Position numbers and translations under genes: made by a program
In this document: positions 17,799 to 27,833 of the stretch, in pieces
Numbering within the stretch: the stretch's first letter is position 1
Layout of the letters: each line of letters starts with the position of its first letter
NCBI GenBank assembly: GCA_049967035.1
Contig: JBMFTM010000001.1
Coordinates: 1-57,268, forward strand
DNA from: Candidatus Acidifodinimicrobium sp.
GTDB taxonomy: Archaea > Nanobdellota > Nanobdellia > Parvarchaeales > Parvarchaeaceae
Reading direction: 5' to 3'
Length of the DNA: 57,268 nucleotides
Notes under the pieces: generated by a model
Databases searched by the model: none
What the model was told of the DNA's origin: nothing
What the model saw: only the letters and a program-made list of their open reading frames with translations

Positions 17799-18332
17799 TT
17801 AGACTATTTTTCTCTGGCTAATCTCTTTAATCATGAATATATTGCCGCTTTTTGTGCTCTCCGGCGAATGGTCTCTCTCATTCTCTAATCTAGATAAGCC
17901 GTGCTTTTCGTAAAAATTTAGAGTTTCAGTGCTTTTTGTTGATGTTATCAAAGATAGATAATTGAAATTTAATTCTTTTGCTTTTTTCATGTATGCTGAC
18001 AGAAGCTGGCTTCCAACCCCCATACCTCTCAGAGCTGGCTCTACAGCGATAGACGTTAGATAAGTGGTGGTTTTTTCGTTTATTTCCTTATTTATAACAT
18101 ACCCAAGCTTTGATCCGAAGGCGAATCCAACTGGGTTTTTGCTAGTTTGGCCATTTGCCCTAGCGATTAGGCATATGGAGTCATCAGATTCTAATATAGA
18201 ATCCAAGTAAGAATCAACATCCTCCCTATTCATCCTGCTATTCCATGGTTTCTTCTTGAATGTCCTCATGAACAAATCGCTTATATATGCTTTGTCTTCT
18301 TTGCTGCAGTATCCAATCTCAACCCCTTCCAT
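17799..18332 (-). CDS. GNAT-family N-acetyltransferase
   Basis: IAVEPALRGMGVGSQLLSAYMKKAKE...FYEKHGL is the acetyl-CoA binding motif A/B. ATG 18332 preferred over GTG 18341. Confidence 0.8.
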   Translation of the reverse strand: MEGVEIGYCSKEDKAYISDLFMRTFKKKPWNSRMNREDVDSYLDSILESDDSICLIARANGQTSKNPVGFAFGSKLGYVINKEINEKTTTYLTSIAVEPALRGMGVGSQLLSAYMKKAKELNFNYLSLITSTKSTETLNFYEKHGLSRLENERDHSPESTKSGNIFMIKEISQRKIV

Positions 18333-18428
18333 TGCAATCACAATGAATACAAGAGGTATAAATATCTTTAGGCCTACTTAAGGCTCGAACCTGTAAGGTA
18401 TTTATTGGCAGCAAATCAATTAATTATT

Positions 18429-19295
18429 ATGTTCGGTAGCGTAGTTAAGAACTACGAAAATGAGTTCGACACTAAGGTGATGGAGAACAGGCATGTATTC
18501 TATGACCTGTACATTAAGAGCAATGATCCTCAAGCTTTGAGAAATGATATAGCTGAATCTTTGGGAGATTTGGATTACAAGCTGCTTTTAAACGAAATGA
18601 CCAAATTCGACGATGAAAATCTAGAAGAGGTATTTCGAGGCGGTAATTCCAAGCCGATAAGGGTTGCGATTAAAGCTGCTAAAGATAATAAGAAGGGATC
18701 GAAGTATCCAATTCTTTGGAAGGCTTTCCTAGTCTTAGGTGTAATCTTACTAGCCGTTCTTTTGGTTTATGCAAGGGGGGAAATTTATAATAACATCTCA
18801 ACATTTAGTGTAACGCCCTCTGCATTGTTATTGTACGGAACCATAGCAAGTTTCTTGCTTTTCATTCTGTTCTTAGAAATAAAGTACATAGTGCCGATCT
18901 TCCTATGGGCGAAGATAGTGGGCATATACGACCCAACTTCATCCTCAGCCAATGTCAGAATAGTTCTGGCTGGAGAATGCCAATTCAAAGATAAGGACTC
19001 CTATGCAAGGCTAGAGAGTGACATGAATGAGCTATACAGTGAGCTTTCGAGAAAGTTTACAAACAAGCTGGACAAAAATCAACTGTCAAGTAACATAGAA
19101 ACAGGTCTTTCGATAGGAAGAGGGCAGAACCAAAAGCTTACCAATGAGCTTAGAGACATAGAAAACCAGCTTTCTGATTTGGAAAGAAACTTCGCGGCTG
19201 GAAAGGTCAGCGAAGCGTCATACAAAGACCTCAAAGCTAAGTTGGAGATGAAACGTACCCAGCTAGAGACACTTTTTGACCTGCTTCTGCCTTAG
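18429..19295 (+). CDS. hypothetical membrane protein with a C-terminal coiled coil / SHOCT-like motif
   Basis: Two central TM helices (ILWKAFLVLGVILLAVLLVY; LLLYGTIASFLLFILFL). The C-terminus reads LSDLERNFAAGKVSEASYKDLKAKLE. The track start at 18405 is TTG; the first ATG is 18429. Confidence 0.45.
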   Translation: MFGSVVKNYENEFDTKVMENRHVFYDLYIKSNDPQALRNDIAESLGDLDYKLLLNEMTKFDDENLEEVFRGGNSKPIRVAIKAAKDNKKGSKYPILWKAFLVLGVILLAVLLVYARGEIYNNISTFSVTPSALLLYGTIASFLLFILFLEIKYIVPIFLWAKIVGIYDPTSSSANVRIVLAGECQFKDKDSYARLESDMNELYSELSRKFTNKLDKNQLSSNIETGLSIGRGQNQKLTNELRDIENQLSDLERNFAAGKVSEASYKDLKAKLEMKRTQLETLFDLLLP

Positions 19296-19348
19296 TTCTG
19301 TCTCTTTTGCACATTTAGCTATAAATATATTTGTAGATATCTCTGTTT

Positions 19349-20014
19349 ATGTCAGTCTCATATAAATCTAGGCCGGAAGATAAGATCTTGGTCCTTTGTA
19401 GATTCTTGGAGCGAAGATATGGCAAGGTTAAATTTAGGACAGAGGACCCATTTAGAGTGTTGATAAGTACTATAATCTCACAGAGAAACAAAGATGAGCT
19501 TACAGATAGGACATTCAATAGAATGTCGTCTGTTTTAAACTCTCCAGAAGACTATGCAAAGGTGAACATCAAAAGACTTGCTTCTTTGATTAAGCCGTCT
19601 GGGTTCTATAACCAGAAAGCAAAGATGATAAAGAGGACAGCGAGAATGATAATAGAGGACTACGGCGGCAAGGTTCCGAGGACAAGGGAAGAGCTGATGA
19701 GGTTGCCAGGAGTAGGCGGGAAGACAGCCGATATCGTGCTGTCTTATGGATTCGGCGAGGATGTGATTGCATGTGATACGCATGTCATCTGGATATCAAA
19801 TGCTTTAGGGCTTGTAGACTCGAAGAATCCGGAGAAGGTTAGAGAGAAGCTAATGGAAATCACCCCAAAAAGATATAAAAGAATGTTAAATCTGCAGATG
19901 GTAGAATTTGGGAAGGAGATCTGCTTGACATCCAGGCCAAAATGCTACATGTGCGAATTAAAATATATATGTAATTATTATAAAAAGGTGTATAAGAAGA
20001 GATATGGTAAATGA
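19349..20014 (+). CDS. nth: endonuclease III (HhH-GPD DNA glycosylase/lyase)
   Basis: HhH LPGVGGKTADIVL, catalytic-region ACDTHV, and the [4Fe-4S] loop CLTSRPKCYMCELKYIC. Confidence 0.9.
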   Translation: MSVSYKSRPEDKILVLCRFLERRYGKVKFRTEDPFRVLISTIISQRNKDELTDRTFNRMSSVLNSPEDYAKVNIKRLASLIKPSGFYNQKAKMIKRTARMIIEDYGGKVPRTREELMRLPGVGGKTADIVLSYGFGEDVIACDTHVIWISNALGLVDSKNPEKVREKLMEITPKRYKRMLNLQMVEFGKEICLTSRPKCYMCELKYICNYYKKVYKKRYGK

Positions 20015-20744
20015 AGCTTTGAGTTCATTTGGATATGGCTTCTTCGTCTACAAAAACAAGTACATATTGCTGTCCGCAGCTGCGGTTTTCCTTTTATTCT
20101 TATTTGTCGGCTACTTTGTGATCTATGACAATTTTAATCTTTACATCCACAATCCTTTTGTGCCGACTGGTTTGTACGTATCTGGGTATGACGTGAGCGC
20201 CTCTTCCTTGCTTTTCGTGTCCGTCGCATTAGTTTCCCTTTATATTGTGAATTTCTCTTTGAACGAGCAGAGACGATTCAATGAGAAGGTTAAGCTAAGG
20301 CAGATAATTTCAATTTCAAATAGAACATATCCCAAGTTTTTGATTACAGCATCTGCACAGATTATCTTATCGGTTATAGGCTGTATCTTTTTCGTTATAC
20401 CTGGGCTTTACTTAGGCATGAAAACGCTTTTTCTAGGCGCTTCCTCGGTTTATTATGATTATGACCTTTTATCCTCTCTCAGAAAGGCTTTCTCAATCTC
20501 AAAGGAGAACTCTACGAATGCCTTCATTCTTTTCTTGCTTTATTTCATTGTGTCGGTAGTCCTGATATACCTTGCATTGGTCGTATCTAATAGCGTTCTG
20601 ATGAGCTACATAATATATGGGTTCCTATCCTCTTTCTTTTTGATATCTTTTTTCTCCAGCACTTACAAATTAATACCCTTGCTGTCAAGTAAAAAAAGCA
20701 GACTTGAAGAGTTGACATCTGATTTCCCCGGATTCGGAGGGTAA
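20004..20744 (+). CDS. hypothetical polytopic membrane protein
   Basis: 246 aa with about 5-6 TM helices. ATG start overlaps the nth 3' end. No family recognised. Confidence 0.45.
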   Translation: MVNEALSSFGYGFFVYKNKYILLSAAAVFLLFLFVGYFVIYDNFNLYIHNPFVPTGLYVSGYDVSASSLLFVSVALVSLYIVNFSLNEQRRFNEKVKLRQIISISNRTYPKFLITASAQIILSVIGCIFFVIPGLYLGMKTLFLGASSVYYDYDLLSSLRKAFSISKENSTNAFILFLLYFIVSVVLIYLALVVSNSVLMSYIIYGFLSSFFLISFFSSTYKLIPLLSSKKSRLEELTSDFPGFGG

Positions 20745-20747
20745 GAC

Positions 20748-21311
20748 ATGCTAGACATGCTAGAAGATCCAAGCGTTTATCCCGTATCTGATGATTCCAA
20801 GCTTCTTTTGAAGGCGGTATCAGCAAGTAAGGGTAAAGTTCTGGACATGTGCGCTGGAGGCGGTATAATCGGATTGAATGCTGCAAAATTTGCCGATGAG
20901 GTAACGTTAGCTGATATAAATGACCATGCGTTGAATCTGATAAAATTAAATGCAAGTAAAAACAACATAAAAAATATAAAGGTGATAAAGTCAGACTTAT
21001 TCAAAGAGATCGGAGAAAAAAGGTTTGATGTTATCTTCATGAATCCGCCCTACTTGCCTGGGGATCCATTGAATAGTGATTATCTGGATATCGCCACACT
21101 CGGAGGGAAGGATGGATCTGAGCTAACTGAAAGATTCATATTAGAAGCGCCAAATCATTTGGAGCCTGGTGGAAGAATATTCATAGTCCTCTCGACTAAA
21201 TCAAATCTAGATAGGATCTACGGGGCAATTCGCAGGGCAGGTTTAAGTTACACTGTCATTGATTCGGACAGCTTTTTCTTCGAGAAATTAATCTTAATAG
21301 AACTCCATTGA
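20748..21311 (+). CDS. SAM-dependent methyltransferase, HemK/Mtq2-like (N5-glutamine MTase family)
   Basis: SAM motif I VLDMCAGGGIIGL, the ADIN acidic loop and the NPPY catalytic motif (FMNPPYLPG). The size is typical of archaeal Mtq2-like proteins. Confidence 0.7.
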   Translation: MLDMLEDPSVYPVSDDSKLLLKAVSASKGKVLDMCAGGGIIGLNAAKFADEVTLADINDHALNLIKLNASKNNIKNIKVIKSDLFKEIGEKRFDVIFMNPPYLPGDPLNSDYLDIATLGGKDGSELTERFILEAPNHLEPGGRIFIVLSTKSNLDRIYGAIRRAGLSYTVIDSDSFFFEKLILIELH

Positions 21312-21355
21312 GGAAGTCTCGCTTGGAGCTTAGCTCAGTGTTCTCTAAAAATCTT

Positions 21356-21754
21356 TCAAGAGCTAACGTTTGTGGAAGGCGAAAGAACATCGCCTTTCTC
21401 AACCTTTACAAAGTCAGGCACAACTAGCAGGTAATCTTCATCTATCCCGACTATCTGCGCCCCAGCTGCATCTGCGCTTCTCTTGATCTTTGTTATCGTC
21501 CTCTTGAGTTCATCCATTCCACCTTTCTCTCTTAATTCCTTCACCTTTACAAAGACCAACGTGTATCCCGACCTTATGTCGTTTAGCAGCGCACTTGCGT
21601 CCTCATATTTCACCAACACAAAGTACTTCACATAGACCTTTGCCGATGGCTTATCACTTTTTTCAACTTCCAGCTCAACATATTGGCCGGAATTTTCTAC
21701 ATCCACTTTTTTCTTAAATACATTAAGAAAACTGTCAAAAGATAGGTTTGTCAT
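21356..21754 (-). CDS. sepF: cell division protein SepF-like (DUF552)
   Basis: VKYFVLVKYEDASALLNDIRSGYTLVFVKVKEL...ITKIKRSADAAGAQIVGIDEDYLLVVPDFVKV matches the SepF core pattern. Start set at ATG 21754; the track start is TTG 21787. Confidence 0.6.
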   Translation of the reverse strand: MTNLSFDSFLNVFKKKVDVENSGQYVELEVEKSDKPSAKVYVKYFVLVKYEDASALLNDIRSGYTLVFVKVKELREKGGMDELKRTITKIKRSADAAGAQIVGIDEDYLLVVPDFVKVEKGDVLSPSTNVSS

Positions 21755-21864
21755 ATTGATCACCTTAATATCAATTGTTGTTTTCAATATTTAAATGTAT
21801 TTAGTTCAACCTTTTCAGTCGCATCAGTAAATTCTGGTTCAAACTGGGGGATAACCATATAAAG

Positions 21865-21947
21865 TGCAGGGGGTGGGATTCGAACCCACGAAGACCTAAG
21901 TCATAAGGTCCTAAGCCTTACGCGTTTGACCACTTCGCCACCCCTGC
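21865..21947 (-). tRNA. tRNA-Leu (anticodon UAG)
   Basis: Minus strand reads GCAGGGGTGGCGAAGTGGTCAAACGCGTAAGGCTTAGGACCTTATGACTTAGGTCTTCGTGGGTTCGAATCCCACCCCCTGC. It has a 7-bp acceptor stem, anticodon arm TAAGG-CTTAGGA-CCTTA, a long variable arm and T arm GTGGG-TTCGAAT-CCCAC. No encoded CCA. Confidence 0.92.
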
Positions 21948-21960
21948 TTTTATAAGATGA

Positions 21961-22335
21961 CTAGTCTTCTGATAATTTTATTTTAAGGGCTTTTTCTAAT
22001 TTTCTTGTAAGGTCTATTCTAGGGATAATTTTTCCATTTATAACTTTATTCAGCTCATCTACCGGAGTCTTAGTCTCCTTGCTTAATTCCTCTACACTTA
22101 TATTCCTCGATCTTATTGCTTCTTTGATTTTATTGGAAAAGTTAAAGTCTATGTCTTCTCCGTATATATCCTCTATACTTAGGTCTTTTCTGTTCATCGA
22201 CTCCTCTTTACCTTCTACTACCTCAGAGATTATCTTCCCTCCTTTTGCGCAGTTTGAGCACGCTATGAATATTGATCCATCTATTTCGACTTTGTAGAAT
22301 TTCTTATCGCTTAATCCGCAGATCTCACAGTTCAT
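21961..22335 (-). CDS. archaeal MBF1-like transcription factor (zinc ribbon + HTH)
   Basis: N-terminal CEICG...CSNC zinc ribbon and a C-terminal XRE-type HTH (IKEAIRSRNISVEELSKETKTPVDELNKVINGK). Confidence 0.7.
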   Translation of the reverse strand: MNCEICGLSDKKFYKVEIDGSIFIACSNCAKGGKIISEVVEGKEESMNRKDLSIEDIYGEDIDFNFSNKIKEAIRSRNISVEELSKETKTPVDELNKVINGKIIPRIDLTRKLEKALKIKLSED

Positions 22336-22336
22336 T

Positions 22337-23983
22337 TCAAACCTCTATTATCTTGTCAAGGAATAACTCAGCAACACTAGCTGGGAACGATATATTGAAT
22401 TTGTTTAAAACACGGGGGTGTAACTCGCCTATCATACCTATTTTTTTATCTTTATACATTATATCTCCATGTCTACCGCTTATAAATGTCTGTTTAAGAT
22501 CTTCACTTTCAGATACTTTGAACTCATCTATGTTGAATATATCTGAAAGGACAATCCTCACAACAGCTTTTACATCGCTAAAGTTGGCATCCACTCCAGA
22601 GTAGACTATAGCCAGATGTAACTTGTTTGAGAAGTTCGTGTCAGAGCTAGGATCTAACTCTACAACATAGCCTATATCAAACAGCTTCTGTGGGAATTTT
22701 CTGTTTATGTTGTTGGATATAAATCTCAAAATCTCCGGGACTATAAGGCGCCTCGCCATGCTTATCTCTGAGCTCCTCGATTCAGACAGCTTTGCATAGT
22801 TCTCTCTCTTCAATTCCATATTATCAAATTGGATAGTCTCATTTGTCAAAACATTCGAATCTAATTCCTGATACCCAGCCCCAGCCAATGTATTTCCTAT
22901 AAAATCGGATAATCTGCTTTCTTTTAGTTTTTCACCAGTGAAGTAAGTCCTTACAGGCAAAGGTCCTAGGTTTGAGACCCCATAAAATCTAAGGATGTCA
23001 TCGATTATATCAACTTGGCTTATAACGTCATCTCTGTAGAAGGGAACCTCTACCGCATAAATGCCTTTCTCAAATTTTACATTGTAATCAGCGTATCTGA
23101 GTAGTTTTATTACCTCTCCTGCACTTACAGCGCTCCCCATAAGATTTTCTAAATCCTCATGTCTCAAGCGCATTTTTGTAGGTGAAAGAGTCAAACCAGT
23201 ATCTATATCTTTTGTCTGATATTTTATCTTAAGTATCTCTACATCACCGATCATTGAGAGATTGAATATCAAGGCCTTTGTTGCAGAGTTTACTGATTTC
23301 TTTGACACACCAGTTATGTCTATGAGGATGTTCTTTGTGTTCTTCTCTATTGAGTACTTGTCCGCGTTTATTATCGGCGGCAAAGCCATTATGTCCCCGT
23401 TAGCTGTCTTCCATATTATTGGCTTTTCTGGACTGATCTTACTGTACCATATCCCAGCGTCCGTGCTGTTCAGTATCTCATCATAATTTTTTTCGTTGGT
23501 GTAACTTAATGGCGTAAATTTTATATTCTCTTTTTTTTCGTGTCTGTATACTATCGGAAACCCTATTTTATCGTAATCGAAGAGCCCTATAGCAGCCATC
23601 TTCCTTTTTCTACCTATAACTAAATCTACTTTGTTTTGTATCTCAACCAGTTCACTTGTTCTTTCTCCAATTTCTTTTTTCAACCTCAATAGAAGACAGT
23701 TTACAAATGGCCTTTCGGTCTTCTCCACTGATATGCTTAGCCCTTCGTTTATCTTTGGGTCTCTCACCTTTATTGGTTTGTGTATAAGCTGCGATAGCAG
23801 TCTGGCAAGGCCATACTTTGATATCAGTTCCGCCCTGTCAGAGGTAGTTTCAAAGTTTAATTCATCTCCGTTTACATCTAAATCTAAGCCGTATTTGAAG
23901 GCTATATCTGAGTATTCCTCTTTAGTCAGCTTTTTCCCTAAGAGTTTATCCATTTCGTCTATTGAAGTATTTATCATCACCAT
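22337..23983 (-). CDS. pheT: phenylalanine--tRNA ligase beta subunit
   Basis: 548 aa, archaeal PheT architecture (B3/4 and B5 regions, class II-like C-terminal domain). It is immediately downstream of pheS. Confidence 0.9.
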   Translation of the reverse strand: MVMINTSIDEMDKLLGKKLTKEEYSDIAFKYGLDLDVNGDELNFETTSDRAELISKYGLARLLSQLIHKPIKVRDPKINEGLSISVEKTERPFVNCLLLRLKKEIGERTSELVEIQNKVDLVIGRKRKMAAIGLFDYDKIGFPIVYRHEKKENIKFTPLSYTNEKNYDEILNSTDAGIWYSKISPEKPIIWKTANGDIMALPPIINADKYSIEKNTKNILIDITGVSKKSVNSATKALIFNLSMIGDVEILKIKYQTKDIDTGLTLSPTKMRLRHEDLENLMGSAVSAGEVIKLLRYADYNVKFEKGIYAVEVPFYRDDVISQVDIIDDILRFYGVSNLGPLPVRTYFTGEKLKESRLSDFIGNTLAGAGYQELDSNVLTNETIQFDNMELKRENYAKLSESRSSEISMARRLIVPEILRFISNNINRKFPQKLFDIGYVVELDPSSDTNFSNKLHLAIVYSGVDANFSDVKAVVRIVLSDIFNIDEFKVSESEDLKQTFISGRHGDIMYKDKKIGMIGELHPRVLNKFNISFPASVAELFLDKIIEV

Positions 23984-23988
23984 ATTAG

Positions 23989-25500
23989 TCAGTCAAGTAT
24001 AGACGCAGTTTTTACACCTCTTAAGAAATTCAAATCTGTGTAGGGGCTATAAAGTTGTCGTATATCCTCCAAATTTAACCTTAAAGCTAAAGCCCTCTCT
24101 AGTGCAAAACCCCACGCTATCACTCTCTTCTTTATTCCGAATGAGATCAGCGTCTCCGGTCTGAAAACACCCGAGTTTCCTATCTCTACCCATCTTTTCA
24201 ATTTTTCATTGAACCCCTGTATCTCTAAGCTGGGTTCCGTGTAGGGGTTATAAGTGGGTTTTACTCGTATCTGTTTTATCCCTAGTTTTCCATAGAATTC
24301 ATAGAAATAGCCAATTAAATCTCTCAAATTTAGGTTGTCATCATAGACTATCCCTTCTATCTGATAGAACTCAGGAAGATGAGTTGGGTCGTTTGTCTCA
24401 TTTCTGAAGACTTTGCTGACTGAAAAATATTTCGCAGGCAGGTCCTTATTCTTTGAGATTAAATCATGGATATACCTAAACGTAGTTGCTGTAGTGTGTG
24501 CACGTAGTATCACGTTGTCACTGGAAGAAACATCAAATTCTGATCTATATCCTAAGGATAAGTCGAAGTCATTGTCCTTGAATCCATTCTCATAAGTCTC
24601 CTTTATCTTCTTAATTAGTTGTTTTTCCAGTTTGGCTTTTGCGTCTTTTACATAAAATGTATCCAATATCTCCCTATCAGGATGGTCTTGCCTAAACATC
24701 ATAACATCAAAATTCCAAAATATGCTCTCTGTAAAATTGCTCTTCATCTCTTTAAAGCCCATGGAGATCAGGTTCTCTTTTACAATAGAAATGAATTCCT
24801 TTACAATGTTCCTTCTGCCTATTATGGGTGTTGGTATATTAGAATTGACATCGTACCTTCTGAATGACAAGCCCTTCCAATTCTCTATAATATCCGGTGT
24901 CAATTTATCCACCAGCTTGGCAGAGAACTTATCTGATTTGATCAGTTCCAGACCTTCAGGAGTAGCGTATAAAAATTCTTTTGTGTTCTCCGAGACGGTT
25001 ATTATCCCTCTTTTTGTAAATTCTGAGACCAAATCATTGTTTATATCGCCACCTTTGTCAATTCTCGCTAACAAGCTGGATCTGAGTTCTATTTTTGATT
25101 CGTCTCCACTTAATATGATCTTATTGCCGCTTGTTTCTACTACACCCTCCTTCTTGAGTATACCCACAGCTACGTTTATCTCATTCTTGTCCAGCCCCAA
25201 CGTTCCAAGATCTGAATAATAAATCTCTTTTTTTGAGGAGAGCAACTTCAATACTCTGTACTCTGGAAGACCGTCTTTAAAGTATCTCTTGCCTACTTCT
25301 GTTAGCCTGTAGTTTACCGTTGTTTCATTCTCAATGTTTATAAGACCCAATGAGAAAAGCTTCCTTGCAGATGCACGCACTGTGTCTAAATCTAGTGGTA
25401 TCTTATTGGATATGTTATCTACGGAGGTTCTTTCCTTCGAGCTTAGAAGAACCCTCTTATCATTTTCACTAAGTGATTCGATAATCCTATCAAAATCCAT
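23989..25500 (-). CDS. pheS: phenylalanine--tRNA ligase alpha subunit
   Basis: Class II motifs HPDREILDTFY, FRNETNDPTHLPEFYQIEG and GFALERALAL. Confidence 0.92.
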   Translation of the reverse strand: MDFDRIIESLSENDKRVLLSSKERTSVDNISNKIPLDLDTVRASARKLFSLGLINIENETTVNYRLTEVGKRYFKDGLPEYRVLKLLSSKKEIYYSDLGTLGLDKNEINVAVGILKKEGVVETSGNKIILSGDESKIELRSSLLARIDKGGDINNDLVSEFTKRGIITVSENTKEFLYATPEGLELIKSDKFSAKLVDKLTPDIIENWKGLSFRRYDVNSNIPTPIIGRRNIVKEFISIVKENLISMGFKEMKSNFTESIFWNFDVMMFRQDHPDREILDTFYVKDAKAKLEKQLIKKIKETYENGFKDNDFDLSLGYRSEFDVSSSDNVILRAHTTATTFRYIHDLISKNKDLPAKYFSVSKVFRNETNDPTHLPEFYQIEGIVYDDNLNLRDLIGYFYEFYGKLGIKQIRVKPTYNPYTEPSLEIQGFNEKLKRWVEIGNSGVFRPETLISFGIKKRVIAWGFALERALALRLNLEDIRQLYSPYTDLNFLRGVKTASILD

Positions 25501-25571
25501 ATTAAATTATACATCTATTTATTAATAAGTCTGATTTACGATTTAAAAGCTTGTGATAACATAAATCCGAT

Positions 25572-26087
25572 ATGATAATAGCTTTAACTGGCACGCCAGG
25601 AGTAGGAAAACATACAGTTGCTTCATATCTGGCGAAGCAAACAGGGTACAAAATAATAGACTTGAACTTGCTGTTAAGGAAGAAGCATATAAAAGAGATA
25701 TCCATAAATCAATTGAATAAAATTGCTTCCCCTTTGATAGAGGAGGACTCAATTATAGTTTCGCATATGGCCCACCTGCTTAAATCCAATAAGATAGATC
25801 TGTTCGTAGTGCTTAGGTGCAATCCAATAATATTAATAAAGAGGCTAAAGAAGCGTGGCTATTCGAGTAGTAAGATCCGAGATAACGTTATCTTTGAGAT
25901 TCTAGATGGGGAATATATAGAGGCTATTGAAGCGCATAAAAACGTGATCCAAATAGACAATTCATCGGATTATGTTCGGACATCCAAGCTAATAATCAGA
26001 TACTTGAAAGGAGGGAAAATAATGGGCGATCCCATAGACTTCAGCGCGTATATGCCGCGTGTACTAAATCTCTTAGGCAAAATTTGA
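25572..26087 (+). CDS. adenylate kinase-like NTPase (Fap7/AK6 family)
   Basis: P-loop MIIALTGTPGVGKHT, then VVLRCNPIILIKRLKKRGYSSSKIRDNVIFEIL, typical of Fap7/AK6. Confidence 0.7.
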   Translation: MIIALTGTPGVGKHTVASYLAKQTGYKIIDLNLLLRKKHIKEISINQLNKIASPLIEEDSIIVSHMAHLLKSNKIDLFVVLRCNPIILIKRLKKRGYSSSKIRDNVIFEILDGEYIEAIEAHKNVIQIDNSSDYVRTSKLIIRYLKGGKIMGDPIDFSAYMPRVLNLLGKI

Positions 26088-26088
26088 A

Positions 26089-26724
26089 CTACCTGCTGGC
26101 GCCTGCTTGCCTTTCTAATTCTATCCTTTTAGACACTGGGAAAGAAGAGTCTGAATTATTAGCAGCCCCTGTCAGGATCTCGTATAACGCTTCATCAGCT
26201 TTTTTCCCGGTTGCAGACATCTGGAAGGTGCCTTCCGCTATCCATCTTAAAGATAAGTCCACCCTTCTGAGAGGGGAGACATCTACCTGTTTGGCAAGTC
26301 TTTGTCCTGCTATAAGCATTGACATAACTTCTTCTCTAGGTGATGAGTTCTCTATAGCTTTTACGAGTACTTGTATAGGATTCTTACCGTCTCGTTCAAT
26401 TCTTTGAAAGCTCTTGTAGACTATATTGAAAGCAGTGTAATATCTACCCGACATAAGCTTTGACGTTCTAAGGTGTTTCTTGCCTTTGTGACCAGGCACC
26501 ATCAAGTGTGTTATGAGCCTCTCTATTATGTTTACCTTAGCTCTTCCAGATTTCTGTTGAGAGTATAGTCCGGTGCTTCTTGGTATTATGGTCGGCTTTA
26601 GATTTATCACGTTCTTAAGGCCCATGTCGTTTATTTCAACGTCATAGCTATACTTGTTCGCAAACAGCGGATTAACCTCTGCTTTTTTAATCTCTTCAGT
26701 TTCCTTTGATTTTTCAGCTGCCAT
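26089..26724 (-). CDS. rps7: 30S ribosomal protein S7 (uS7)
   Basis: IIERLITHLMVPGHKGKKH...KAIENSSPREEV and its position after rps12. Confidence 0.95.
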   Translation of the reverse strand: MAAEKSKETEEIKKAEVNPLFANKYSYDVEINDMGLKNVINLKPTIIPRSTGLYSQQKSGRAKVNIIERLITHLMVPGHKGKKHLRTSKLMSGRYYTAFNIVYKSFQRIERDGKNPIQVLVKAIENSSPREEVMSMLIAGQRLAKQVDVSPLRRVDLSLRWIAEGTFQMSATGKKADEALYEILTGAANNSDSSFPVSKRIELERQAGASR

Positions 26725-26726
26725 AT

Positions 26727-27164
26727 CTATCTAACTGGTTTTTGTTTTCTTCCTTTAACTAACTCTTTTATGGATATCCCATTGACTTTCGTCACTACGA
26801 ATTTTACCCCTGGGAGGTCTCCTCGGGCGCCCTTCTGTGCTCCCCCAATCCTTTCAATCATAACATCGTTGTGTTCATCCACAAAGGACACACCTTTCGC
26901 ATAGGGTATATAAGCCGTTATGATCTTTCCGTTCTTGGTGAGTTGAACCTTACACGACTTTCTCTTACCTGATGATGGTTTCTTTGGTGTGACTTCCACC
27001 TTCTCTAGCACTATTCCGTGGGCTTGCGGTGACCCCTCGAAAGGATCATATTTTTTCCACTTGTTACTGAATAGAGATTTGCTGTGCTTCTTGCTGAACC
27101 TGTACTTTGCCTTTCTCTTCAGCAACGCATTTCCACTGAACAAACCTTTAGTTTTTCTTCCCAT
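26727..27164 (-). CDS. rps12: 30S ribosomal protein S12 (uS12)
   Basis: GIVLEKVEVTPKKPSSGKRKSCKVQLTKNGKIITAYIP and GDLPGVKFVV. ATG 27164 preferred over GTG 27173. Confidence 0.95.
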   Translation of the reverse strand: MGRKTKGLFSGNALLKRKAKYRFSKKHSKSLFSNKWKKYDPFEGSPQAHGIVLEKVEVTPKKPSSGKRKSCKVQLTKNGKIITAYIPYAKGVSFVDEHNDVMIERIGGAQKGARGDLPGVKFVVTKVNGISIKELVKGRKQKPVR

Positions 27165-27169
27165 ACATT

Positions 27170-27574
27170 TCACTTAATATTGATATTACTTATATTAAAA
27201 TACCTTTCCATAAGGAATTTTATGAGTTTTATCTTTTTGCCGTTTAAATTACTTGCCACTGTTGCTTCTAAAGTCTTCTGTTTACTCGAATCTATCGCTA
27301 CATACCCAGATATTAGTTTAATCGGTTTTAGCAGGTTCTCCAAGAATTTTACTGGGTCGTCAGAGTATTCCACTATGGTTATATCTTTGCCGAGTAGTTT
27401 TTCGATAAGTTTTACAGTTTCGCCGTTCTTTCCAATAGACATTGCAGCCTCACCCATAGGGACAGTGAATATTATTCTATCCTCTAGGTTTATGCAATCT
27501 TTTGGTATCACTCCTGTAGAATTTGAGAATAAGGTTATCAAAGATAATACATCGCTGTCAAACTTTATATGCAT
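27170..27574 (-). CDS. nusA: transcription termination/antitermination factor NusA (archaeal two-KH form)
   Basis: KH GxxG block AMSIGKNGETVKLIEKLLGK and its conserved position between rpl30e and rps12. Start at ATG 27574 abuts the rpl30e stop. Confidence 0.85.
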   Translation of the reverse strand: MHIKFDSDVLSLITLFSNSTGVIPKDCINLEDRIIFTVPMGEAAMSIGKNGETVKLIEKLLGKDITIVEYSDDPVKFLENLLKPIKLISGYVAIDSSKQKTLEATVASNLNGKKIKLIKFLMERYFNISNINIK

Positions 27575-27575
27575 A

Positions 27576-27833
27576 CTACTTCTTGAAACCAATTACAGCC
27601 ACTTTGAATGATTTTCCACACAGTATTGACAAAGCCTCACTGTCTTTTTCATATTCTACTTTCTCAACAGGCAGCGCTTTGATCTTGTTGGCTATCTCAT
27701 CGGTCAAGTTATTTGCATATACTATCGTGTCTATCTTGCCGTCTTTGGCAGCTTTAACCGTCCTTTTAAAGCCTATTACAACCTCATTCTTCTTTATCTT
27801 TTCGGTCAGCTTTTCCTTCAGTTTTTCTTCCAT
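27576..27833 (-). CDS. rpl30e: 50S ribosomal protein L30e
   Basis: [25 protein letters not shown] and [16 protein letters not shown], in the conserved position after rpoA2. It overlaps the rpoA2 3' end by 50 nt. Confidence 0.8.
   Translation of the reverse strand: MEEKLKEKLTEKIKKNEVVIGFKRTVKAAKDGKIDTIVYANNLTDEIANKIKALPVEKVEYEKDSEALSILCGKSFKVAVIGFKK

Noticed and set aside
21325-21340. A tRNA-like 5' fragment GGAGCTTAGCTCAGTG in the convergent spacer between the methyltransferase and sepF; possibly a split-tRNA half or an att remnant.
   Set aside because: There is no complementary D-stem 3' strand, anticodon arm or T arm downstream. It is too short to distinguish from chance.
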